Shown piece after piece: positions 37,222-47,268 of a stretch of 64,000 nucleotides of DNA (position 1 is the first letter of the stretch; every line of letters begins with the position of its first letter). Below the pieces are notes generated by a model. The model saw nothing but the letters and a program-made list of their open reading frames with translations. It was not told the DNA's origin and ran no database searches. A program made the position numbers and the translations under genes. The stretch comes from Blepharisma stoltei ATCC 30299 (taxonomy: Eukaryota; Protista; Ciliophora), in NCBI GenBank assembly GCA_965603825.1, contig CBFDEM010000020.1, positions 806,001 to 870,000 on the forward strand, in the 5' to 3' direction.

Positions 37222-38856
37222 ATGCAGTGTTCCATTCAAGGTTGTTCCGATAAGGCAAAATCTTTCTGCAGCTGCACTGAGTCAAATCAATACCTTTGCG
37301 ACTCCCATACAGATCTTCACTTAAAATCCACTTCCTCTTCTGATCACAAGCTCGAAAATATATACACCCAACCGGTATCCCAGACCAAGCAATCATTGTT
37401 GCTCCACATCGTCAAAAAAATCAGCGATCTCAAGAAGTCTAAAACCAAGTCTGTCGTGGACTCCAATCAAGAAATCCGTGAAATTCAAACCCACATGGAA
37501 AGTGCCTTGGAAAAGTTTGATTCTGACATAAAGTCCTACATCGACCTGATGGCAGAAATCATATCAACCGAAGAAATCGTGAAAAATGATAAATCCTTTG
37601 TTAGCACTCTCCTTCAGCTTCCAGAAGAAGACGCCCTCAGGTTTCTAGACGAGTTTTATTCATCTTCACCAAAAACTCAAGACTTTTTAACCTCGCTGAA
37701 CATTTCTAAAAATGTTCAAACAGAAGCCTCAATCCCAGAGGAGACCAAAAATCACGAAAAAATGGACAGAATTTACATGGACGGCTGCTTTGACCTGATG
37801 CACTCAGGACACTTCAATGCCATCAGGCAGGCCAAATCTCTAGGAAAAGTTCTGGTGGTCGGTGTTCACTCTGATGCAGAAATCACGAGGAATAAAGGCC
37901 CACCAGTGATGAACGAGCAAGAAAGATACCAATTAGTCAGAGCTTGCAAATGGGTCGACGAAGTTATGGAAGAAGCCCCATATTCGCCCACAATTCAGCT
38001 TCTAGACTCTTTGAACTGCCAATATGCAGCTCATGGGGATGATTTGAGTATTAATGCAGACGGCTCTGACTGTATGTCAATACTAAAGCGGGCTGGAAGA
38101 TGCAAAATTTTCAAAAGGACTGAAGGGATTTCAACAACCACTTTGGTTGGAAAATTATTACTAATGACCCGTGATGAGCTGCTAAATATAGAGCAGCCTC
38201 GAAAATCAAATGAAATTTCTTCAGTAAATGACTCTATCCAAGCACAGTTGGACAGGAAGTCAATTCTCACCACAAGTCGTAGAATAAGCGAATTTTCGAA
38301 TAAAAAAGAACCAAAAAATAGTGACACCATTGTGTATATTGACGGGACCTTTGACTTGTTCCATGCTGGACATGTAGAGACTTTGAGAAGAGCCAGGCAG
38401 TTTGGGGATTATTTATTAGTAGGAATTCATGATGACCAAACAGTAAATCATTATAAGGGGTCAAATTACCCTATAATGTCGCTCCATGATAGAGTCATGT
38501 GTGTGCTCTCAATCAAATATGTTGACGAAGTTATAATTGGCGCGCCTTGGGTTATTTCTAAAGAATTACTGACTGGGTTTAATATAAAATATGTATGTGG
38601 AGGAACAGTGACAAAAGGGACTTCAGGAGCTTACCATTGGAGAAAAGGCAGCATTGAGGTAGAGGACTGTGATCCATATCAGATCCCAAAAGAAATGGGA
38701 ATTTATAGGCAAATAGAAAGCGCGTTTGATTTGGACACTGATATCATCATTTCGAGAATTGTCAACAATAGACTGAAATTCCTGTCAAAGTTTGAGAAGA
38801 CGTCTCAGAGGGAGGCAAAGTATGTGGAGAACAAGGAGTATATTCCAGAAGCCTAA
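37222..38856 (+). CDS. PCYT2: Ethanolamine-phosphate cytidylyltransferase with N-terminal Cys/His domain and coiled coil
   Basis: Tandem CT domains YMDGCFDLMHSGH...RTEGISTT and YIDGTFDLFHAGH...PIMSLHDR; about 180 aa of extra N-terminus. Confidence 0.92.
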   Translation: MQCSIQGCSDKAKSFCSCTESNQYLCDSHTDLHLKSTSSSDHKLENIYTQPVSQTKQSLLLHIVKKISDLKKSKTKSVVDSNQEIREIQTHMESALEKFDSDIKSYIDLMAEIISTEEIVKNDKSFVSTLLQLPEEDALRFLDEFYSSSPKTQDFLTSLNISKNVQTEASIPEETKNHEKMDRIYMDGCFDLMHSGHFNAIRQAKSLGKVLVVGVHSDAEITRNKGPPVMNEQERYQLVRACKWVDEVMEEAPYSPTIQLLDSLNCQYAAHGDDLSINADGSDCMSILKRAGRCKIFKRTEGISTTTLVGKLLLMTRDELLNIEQPRKSNEISSVNDSIQAQLDRKSILTTSRRISEFSNKKEPKNSDTIVYIDGTFDLFHAGHVETLRRARQFGDYLLVGIHDDQTVNHYKGSNYPIMSLHDRVMCVLSIKYVDEVIIGAPWVISKELLTGFNIKYVCGGTVTKGTSGAYHWRKGSIEVEDCDPYQIPKEMGIYRQIESAFDLDTDIIISRIVNNRLKFLSKFEKTSQREAKYVENKEYIPEA

Positions 38857-39023
38857 TAACTAATAAATTTCTAAGTGAAATAAAATTCTTTAATCAATAT
38901 AAAAAACTTTAAATAAACACAATAAATCCTTACAAATTAAATCAACTTTATTTTATACGTTTAACAAAAGAAATATTAAAGTAATGTTTCATTTGAATTG
39001 TATCAGTGAATTCGTATTCGCAG

Positions 39024-41156
39024 TTAACTCCAAGCATTATTATTAATTTGGCAGTCAAACACATCATCATTAAGTGTCAAATTATATTCTGTGCTTGGAA
39101 TTTCGCTAGAAAATACAATTGAGCCTCCAATACTTGGCTCCATATTTTCTGATCTTGAAATCATATGCTTTCTCACAAAATTTTTTCCAAATTGGAAAGA
39201 TTCTGGAAGCAGCTCATTTGGCATCTCAGAATCATGGGAAACTTCACCAAGCTCTTCTTCTATTAATGCCAAACTTGAAGCGTTTGAGTACCTTGAAGAA
39301 TTCATTTGGTATAATCTAGCTTTCGCTACTAAGGAGCTTCTGTCTTGGAAATTAGCCAAGTGCTCTTCACGCCCAGGAAGATTTTTTGTATCATATCTTC
39401 GGAATTGTTCTACTTGTGAAATTTTTTTTCTGTACATTTTGTTTTTTTCAGCGATTTTGTCTCTGCTGACTATTTTAGAAATTTGGTATTTTCTGTGATC
39501 TGCCTTTTTTATTACTTTTTTATGATCAACAATAAATACGTATTTTTTACAGTCTCTAGCTGCATGCCCGATTTCAGAACAAAAATAGCATCTAACTCCC
39601 AGTGCACTTAAATCTCGCTCACATTGTTTTGCTAAGAGATTTGTGGTTTCTTCTTCAGAATGCCGAGTGCTTGTGAGCTGATTGAACTTATACCGCTTCA
39701 ATTCAAAAAGCTCAGTATAAGTTTTCGCCTTGGCCGAGGCACATCTTTTCTTATTCAGAAAAAAACCAATTTCCCCGAAATATTTTCCTTTAAAAAGATC
39801 CCTAAAAGTGGAAAAAGTTTTTTGGTCATAGATTTCGACAGATCCATTGAAAATTCAATAAATATTTTTCCCAATTTCTCCTTCTTTTATGATTAAATCT
39901 CCAGGACCAAAAACTTGTATTTCTAAAAAATGCACTAAGTATCTTAAAAAATAATGACTATAATTTCTGAATGGAGCACTATTAAACAAGAAATATCCTC
40001 TAGTTTTTATAAGGATTTCTTCCTTTAGTGGTAAAGATAATGACTGTAAAATTTCAGTTTCATCCAAAATGTTCTCATCAGCGATCCTTTCAAGATGTTC
40101 AATAAATAAAAACACTCTAGATCGCAGACTAGATGGTATTTTGTTGTTTGTCATATAAAACTTCATTCTTAATACTGCACTGCGAAAATATGATTGTTGC
40201 TGCTGGGACTTCGAAATGGCTTCTCGAATTCCTTCTATTAAATAGCCATAAATAAGCCCTGACATATACATTATAAGTAATATCAAAATTTTTTCTCTGG
40301 GGTCTGTAACTATCGATATATAGCCAACAGTCGCCATAGTCTCAAAGACATAAAAGAAATAAAATAGCCATTTGTCACTTCTAGGAATATCATATTTAAT
40401 TCATATTTCTGGAATCGTTTGGAATGCAAGACGATGTGAAGCATAAATGATGCAGGACATCCAGTGTGTTGCAAAAAAAGCAATTCCAAAAAACGTCAAT
40501 ATCCTCACCAAAGCGATCAAAATTGGGTGGGGAAACTCATCCATGATTTGGTATAAGACTTTTTTTATTTTTACAAATCTTAAGAGACGTAATAATCAAA
40601 GGGTTTTTACAAAATATAAGGCATGGAATTCAAAAGGGTTTCCCCGAGTATCATCTCCCAAATCCATATATGGCATGATATCTTCAAGTGGAATAGAAGA
40701 AATCAAGTCCAAAGGAAATCAAGATTTCAAATATCTATTCCAAATTGATTTGTGGTCTGTAATAAAGCTGCCGCTAAAATAAAAGCCTGTGTTCATATTC
40801 ACCAAAATATCGAAGTAAAAAAAAGCTTCAATAAACTTGATTATAAAATTAAAGTGACGCACATTTCCATAGCTTAAAGCAAAAGGTAAAATAAAAGCTA
40901 AATAAAGAATCTGAGAAATTCCGCAAATGTCTCATAGCAATTTTCAATTACTGTCCGGTTTAAAAACGCCGAAATTTAGATGTCACCTATGTCTGGCATG
41001 AGGATCTGGAAAATAAGAACTTCTTAATGTTGAAGCGGTCATGTTTTGCGTGGCAAATGTACTCGTCACGGCTCGTTTCAGTACGCTTTGAGCTATAGAT
41101 GTGCTAGCTCAGATCTTCCTTGTGTTTTTTGATATTGCTCTTGTACTTTTATTCAT
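39024..41156 (-). CDS. 6TM cyclic-nucleotide-binding-domain (EAG/HCN-like) cation channel with C-terminal CCHC knuckle (710 aa)
   Basis: Manual translation from ATG 41156 with TGA=Trp: PDSNWKLLWD, FDILVNMNTGFY, YLKSWFPLDLISSIP, S4 LLRLLRFVKIKK, HWMSC, pore ETMATVGY, C-linker, CNBD YFGEIG..RCASA, CYFCSEIGHAARDC; ends TAA. Confidence 0.9.
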
Positions 41157-41696
41157 ATTTATGTTTTAACTAAGGAAAACAGAATAAGGTTTCTTCAAAT
41201 CTAAAGGTGTTATTAAAAGGAAAAGAATATAAAGAAACTGCCTTTTTTTAAAAAAATTATTCGACAGAAAACGAATTTTATGGAGGTTTGAGGATTTTTG
41301 ATATCAGGCATTTTTGAATGTATTAAAAGGACGTCCGAATGCTTAGAAAAATAATTATTTCTATATGTAGCGTGGATGCTACAGTATTCAAGCTTAAAAC
41401 AATCAATAAAATAATCAAACAGTAAAATGTCGAAAAATCGGTTTCATTGCTGTCATTTCATAAGGAAAAATAAGATATATTTGTATTTATTATTTTTAAA
41501 CTTCAGAAAAGCTTAAAATGATCAGCAATTACTGACGATGAATTAATGTTTTGCCATAAATTAATATAGAAATAAGTACTTTTAGACATTTTTACGTTCT
41601 CTATATCAATGAGATAATCTTAATATTGATAGAAAATTTTCACAAAATAAAAATATTCATTTATTCACAATAATATTTCTAAATCGCTTATTTAGC

Positions 41697-42152
41697 TTAA
41701 AATCCTAATTTCCTCAGCCAAAGCTTGACACTCTCAGAATGTAATCCTTTCACCTCAATTCTACCGTTTTTCTCATATATTGGTGAGTTGCTTACAACTT
41801 TTTGCAGCTCAGTCTTGAACTCTTCCACATCTCCCAAGATTTTTCTAATAATTGTCAATTTTCTTGATCTATCATTTCTAAACTCAGTGTACACTGGCAA
41901 ATTCCCTGTCCATGTTCTTGAAATTTGAAAAGGAATGGCATTTGTTCCTCCTAGAGGAGTATTCCATGTGGTATCAGGGCTTGGCAATTCTTGAAGTTTG
42001 TATTTTAATGGCAATAAAGGCTTAGTCAATTGGTTGTGGATCTCAAGTACTTTGGGATGTGTGTGAATTTTATCGCTTACTTTTGGAGGCTTAAAATTCA
42101 CAAATTCTTCAGCAGCTTTCTTTAAGACTTTAAACCCTTTCGTTCTTCCCAT
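41697..42152 (-). CDS. MRPL49: Mitochondrial ribosomal protein mL49 (Img2)
   Basis: PFQISRTWTGNLPVY..RND.SRKLTIIRKILGD...GRIEVKG..VKLWLRKLGF. Confidence 0.88.
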   Translation of the reverse strand: MGRTKGFKVLKKAAEEFVNFKPPKVSDKIHTHPKVLEIHNQLTKPLLPLKYKLQELPSPDTTWNTPLGGTNAIPFQISRTWTGNLPVYTEFRNDRSRKLTIIRKILGDVEEFKTELQKVVSNSPIYEKNGRIEVKGLHSESVKLWLRKLGF

Positions 42153-42195
42153 TTTTAATAAATCTTAACTTAAGAATTGTCTTTTATAAGTAAAC

Positions 42196-43707
42196 TTAAT
42201 ATTTAGGCATTTTATCAATTTTTTCTAAAAGTTTATGCATTTGCTCAGTCATATTTCCTTTTCTTTGAGTCTCGTCTTCCACAAATGATATCAATTTGTC
42301 AATATTTGCAAGAAAATTGTGCTCATACATGATAAGGGAAAGCGTGGCGTTTCTAATAAGCTTTAATTGCTCTTCTCTCATATCACTAATAAATGGTAAA
42401 GGAAGCTCTCTTTCTGAGAAATCTTGTGTGTTATCAATCGTCAATTGAATTTCTGATACACTTCTCGTGTTTTTTACAAGATTTATATCTGAACGCTGTG
42501 TCGCGTTATCATAGTCAGTTTCTGCTGAATAAATTTGCTTTACGCAAAAATTCCCCCATGTTTTGCTTCTAAATTTGGGGTGATTTCATATACTAAGGCC
42601 TATTGAAAATATTGACACAATTATTACGATAACAAATAGTCATTGAGCTATCCTTGCGTCTATTGAGCGCTGCTTTCGAATAGCTTGGTCTATAAAAAGA
42701 TTATATTTTTCTGTTAAATCTGTAGGCGAGTTTGTCATAGTAAAATCGGAAAAAGCTTTATTAATTTTTTTGATATCAGAAGAAGACACTCCTTGTCCAA
42801 TTGCCGCTGCAAATCTGTAAGGCAAAAATGGGCTGCTTGGCAATACATAGTCAGAATACTGCTCAGCTTTATAAGCAAGAAAGCAATGATCTGAAATCAG
42901 TCCTAAAACAGTTTTATTTTTTAGGTACTCTAGTGCCACATCAAATTTATCATAAAAGTTATCATCAAACACATAATAATAAAAAGCATACTCCCCAGCC
43001 ATGTCTTGATAATTTGGGTCTACAATCACAAGCTCCCCAACCACATCAGCATAACTGACTACAAAAGATTGAAGCTCTTCATATGTTGTTATAACATAAG
43101 AAGTTATATAGCCATAAAACATCATAGTCATCGCAATTCCTATGGCGCAGCTTAATAATTTTCCTACTCCTTTGTCATCTGCGTCATTTCTTAGCATTCA
43201 GCTTGAATAAGAATTCCATATAAGTTCAATTAAAGTATCAATATCAGATAGCCCTGGCATTAATTTCCCATGAATAATATTCGCATACCCCCAGCTTATA
43301 AATCCTAAAATAAGTGGAGTAACTAGCAATAAAATCCATATTTCTATAGCAAATACTTTAAAAAGCTTCCATGGGCTGCCTGATTCTTGTTTGTTTACTA
43401 GAACATTTAGCCCTGATGTCATTGTTGGGTAGGAAAATGATATTCCTTTTTCCATTCAGGTAGAAGTAATAGGGATGCCTCCTATTGCAATTACATCATC
43501 TGATAATAAAGAATTTTGAGTATCATCAGTTGAAGTTTCACAGGATATCGAAAAATCAGTATTTTCTACTAAATTACTCTTGGCAAATGACTGTAATAAA
43601 AATTCTACTTCATAGCCTGTACGGTCACAAGAGGAAAGAGGATAGTTGTCTCTGACAATTACTTTGAAACCACTTGCTAAGGAGAGAAGTAATAAATATA
43701 AAACCAT
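42196..43707 (-). CDS. Ionotropic glutamate receptor-like ligand-gated channel (S1-M1-M2-M3-S2-M4, 503 aa)
   Basis: Four in-frame ORFs joined by TGA (43456, 43198, 42640 and one after M4). Signal peptide; S1 GYEVEFL..AIGGIPIT..ISFSYPTMTSGLNVLV; M1 LFKVFAIEIWILLLV; re-entrant LIWNSYSSW; M3 GKLLSCAIGIAMTMMFYGY; S2; M4. Confidence 0.75.
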
Positions 43708-43785
43708 TTTATTTGGCGTTACCTAAAACCAAATTTCATTACAGATTATTTTTGGAATATCCCTGGATAAATTAGATACTTATTA

Positions 43786-44697
43786 TTAAGGGTCTAGCCT
43801 AAATAATGTGCAGGAATTCAAATAAGAGGCTTCTGCTAGCTCGCTTTCTTCAATACCTTTAATTGCAGCAACAGCTTCTAATACTTGTCTAAATAAATTT
43901 TACATTGTATTGCATGGCTCATTTCGCCCTCTCACCAAACAGTTAGGGTCTTTTTTTTCTTTGTTTTTTGACTGAAAATGAGTTTTTACATACTGATAAG
44001 CTGGGCTAGATTTTCTGATTTCACAGTAAGGACAGTCTGTTTCTAGCATAATTTTCTGAATAGGGACATGTCTCACAACTTCAATGTTTTCTAATGTTTT
44101 AAGAGAACACCCATTAATTCCTATATATAAGTCCATATCAAGCAGCTGCTGTAGCTCATCTAAAGTCCCAGTAAAAGAATGCACAACACCTCCTGAAATT
44201 CTGTCTCTGTTAGTCCTCATTAAATTTATGAAATCATCTCCTGTGTTTCTGTTGTGTAAATACATAGGAAGCCTCAATTTTTCAGCCAGCTCAAAATGTT
44301 TAGGAAAAGCAGACAATTGGCAATTCCTGCCACTGAAATTCAGCCGATCATAATCAAGGCCGCATTCCCCGACAGCTACACATTTATTCCCGCATTCTCT
44401 TATTAATTCTTCGAATTTCTCAAAATTATCTGCAGGATCCACAGTCTGATTATTATTTACATTTGCATAACAAGGATGCACCCCAATGCAGCAATAAGCA
44501 TTTTCATTATGTAAAGAAGTCTGATATGCGTGACGTGATTCTTGTAAATTAAGCCCTGCAAGGAGAAATTTTGAGACTCCAACGTTGCGTGCTCGCTCGA
44601 AAACTCGTTCTAAGTCATGTGCAAAGCTTTTGTCTGATAGGTTTGCAGCAATATCAAATAGTCTTACAGTCTATTTTATATGTACCCTAGTAGCCAT
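43786..44697 (-). CDS. TATDN1: TatD-family DNase (TATDN1-like; 2 introns)
   Basis: LFDIAANL, IGVHP, VAVGECGLDYDRL, LPMYLHNR, GVVHSFTG, MLETDCPYC, RNEPCNTIQVLEAVA after removing introns 44671-44685 and 43889-43903. Confidence 0.93.
43889..43903 (-). other. 15-nt spliceosomal intron
   Basis: gtaaaatttatttag; removal restores the TatD C-terminus NEPCNTIQVLEAVA. Confidence 0.92.
44671..44685 (-). other. 15-nt spliceosomal intron
   Basis: gtacatataaaatag; links ATG GCT ACT AGG to TVRLFDIAANL. Confidence 0.88.
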
Positions 44698-45603
44698 ATT
44701 TTAGATTATAAGGTAAGGTATGGGTATGTAAATCTTGATTTTAAGAATTAAAGGAAAAATATTTTTATTTGCCAAGAAATGAAACATAAATTTTATTGTT
44801 TAAATTTTTGAAATAGAAAAATATTAGATGAGGCGATACTAAAAAATTAAATAAAATAAAAGAAATAAAAAGGTAAAAGTTAAATTTAAAGAGCTGAAAA
44901 TAAGCGTGATTAAAATGTGTAAAATTCTTAGGCAAATAATGATTAAAATGGCACAAATTTATACGCTGGTCTGGTTCCTGATAGCCATTGCTATCCGGGA
45001 GACGGGGCTAGCTACACTAAGGCACGCAAATCTATGCATAGCAACATTCAAACAATTCAATAAATTTCATTCATTCAGCTGCCATAAAGAAATTTCTTAT
45101 GCAGGCTTTATTTCTATCTGAAATTTTTAGCTTGATCCAAAAAAGCCTAGCCTTCTTTCAGAAGTCTTATTTCTGTGGTCAAATAAGGTTTATCTTTAGA
45201 ATGGCTGGCTTGATCCACGTTATCTGCATGATTAAGTTTTTCCTTCTTATCCATAGTAATTTATTACCCCAAACCTCAAATTAGCTTCTATCTTTCTTAT
45301 CGTTACCTTAGTCTATGCTATTCTTTCTAATTTTACCTTTATCTATGCAATTATATTTTAGAATCTTTTATGATTTAAAATTTAACTTATAATTTACAAA
45401 TATGGGAGGAATTGAAAGAGTCAGAATTTTAGAAGAAGTTATAGGGAAGAAAATTTAAAATTCATGAGATTGTGCTTTATAAGAGAAATTTGGGAATTGG
45501 CTAGAAGATGAAAATAGAGAAAAGGCAGAGAAAGTGGGCAATTTATAAAAGAGAAATGCTGAAAATCAGCGTTAAATTAATCAGGAATAATAATAAAAAT
45601 AAT

Positions 45604-46029
45604 TTACAAAAAGTTTTCAGCAAGATATCTCAGCATATTTGGAGGAATTCTAAAAATCCCTTCCTTTTTTCCTTTATTCAAGCGAACAATCCATAGGAAA
45701 CCCTTTCGTCTTTCCCAAGGCAAGCTTGATTTTACTTCTTTCAAAATATACTCGTGCACTGCTACAAACTTCGGGTTTGAATTTCTCAGCAATTTTGCAA
45801 TTTGCACTGGCGAGGAATTGGAACTAAATAAAAATTACTTTGAATACGGATTTGTAAAGATTTTGATACCCTCTATTTCTATAACGACTTTCAGGGCTGG
45901 CAAATTTGCATAGGCTATGCTGAAATCTATGAAGAGATGCGCTTTCCCTTCATTTTTTCAATATTTGTAGTATTTTTCTATGACTTTTTCATCAGTTTCA
46001 GTCCTCAGTTGCTCAGCTATAGTGCTCAT
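45604..46029 (-). CDS. Hypothetical ~136-aa protein (1 intron) with a C-terminal SOCS-box-like LP/IP..L..FL pattern
   Basis: ATG 46029, one TGA=Trp, intron 45824-45838, then joins ORF 45604-45807 (WERRKGFLW...IFRIPPNMLRYLAENFL). Confidence 0.65.
45824..45838 (-). other. 15-nt spliceosomal intron
   Basis: gtaatttttatttag; in-frame TAA if retained. Confidence 0.85.
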
Positions 46030-46118
46030 TTAAATTTTTACAGTTAGACCAATTTCGCATGTTACTCAGCTTTGTTATTACTCACATTACACCAATATAC
46101 TAATAACAAAAAATTAAT

Positions 46119-47249
46119 TTAATTATGCATTAATTTTTGCGATTTTTTCATATAAAATTCAAAGGCTTTTTGCAGCCCAAAAGTTCTCCTATTTAATTCC
46201 CTGACATCTTCTACCACTGCTAAATCTTTTAAATAGTGCATTAATTTCAATAATTCTCTATCATCTTTATCATCATGCCATGCTTTAATAGGGATTCCAT
46301 TATCAATTTGATTTCCAAAGCTATAAATAGAGTTATCAATGATAACAGTATTTGACAGACTTCTACCTACCAAAATACTTAAATCTTTCACCCTAAGCCC
46401 ATTCACCAATAAACAATTTTCTCTATATAGTCTATGACTTATATACTTTTTAGTAGGGTCTAATAAGTCAATAACAGGATCTGCGTAATTTCTGGTACTT
46501 GCAGTAAAAATGATCACTTCAAACAGTCGGCTTGCCATCCTTAATATATCACTTGCATATGGGCGGATATTTATTCCTGCAGTCACTGTGATGCCTAGCG
46601 GGATTTGCAATTTTTTGTCAGGGTTTTTTAGATTTACTGAACAGAAAATCAGAGTTTCGTCAAGGTCAAAAATCACCGTTTTTTGGTGCTGGGTAAGTCT
46701 TGGCAAGTTTATTTGCAAAGAATGGTATTCACTGTAAGAAGGCTGTGGAGAAGTTTTAACGAGCTTTAGCAGGTAAAATGGGTCAACAGTGCTTGGTTTT
46801 CCAGAATCAATCTGGACATCGTTTTCAATGCTTTGATTTTTTTGCATTTTTTCGTTATATTTCGCTACAATATCAAACCTTTCTGAGGGCTGTCCTGTGC
46901 TACGATTTGCAATATTTGGAAGACTTGGAGTTGCCCTGCTCAATAAATGTTGGTCATGGTTTGAAATTTCTTCAAGTTTTCTATGATAATTAACCCCAGG
47001 CGAAAGGCTGATTCTACCAAAATTCTGCCTTGGTGAAATCTGATTTAGTGTCGCCAAAGTCGCTGTTGATTTTCAATGCATTTTCTTTTTGTTAGCTGTT
47101 TTAGGCCGAAAAGTTCCTGCAGGAGAGGCAAAATCTACGCTTGAAGATTTTGAAGGCACAGGAGTTTCAGCAAAAAGCTTGGTCGCTGGAAATGAGAGTT
47201 TGTTGTGGTCAAAACTAATGAAAATTTTTTTATGCAAATTGTCAGACAT
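46119..47249 (-). CDS. FCP/SCP-family CTD-like HAD phosphatase (376 aa)
   Basis: VIFDLDETLI, IRPY, IIFTAS..YADPVIDLLDP, RLYRENC, KDLSILVGR, IIDNS, NGIPIKAW. The frame extends through TGA 47073 to ATG 47249. Confidence 0.9.
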
Positions 47250-47268
47250 TATTTATTTGATATTCTTA

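Noticed and set aside
44945-45045. U1 snRNA, tRNA or telomerase RNA identity for the GC-rich island
   Set aside because: No ACTTACC 5' motif, no cloverleaf or TTC loop, no telomeric template; kept only as an unassigned structured candidate.
44906-45696. Short ORFs 44906-45121, 45099-45284 and 45508-45696
   Set aside because: No motifs, atypical composition, and not joinable by TGA read-through or tiny introns.
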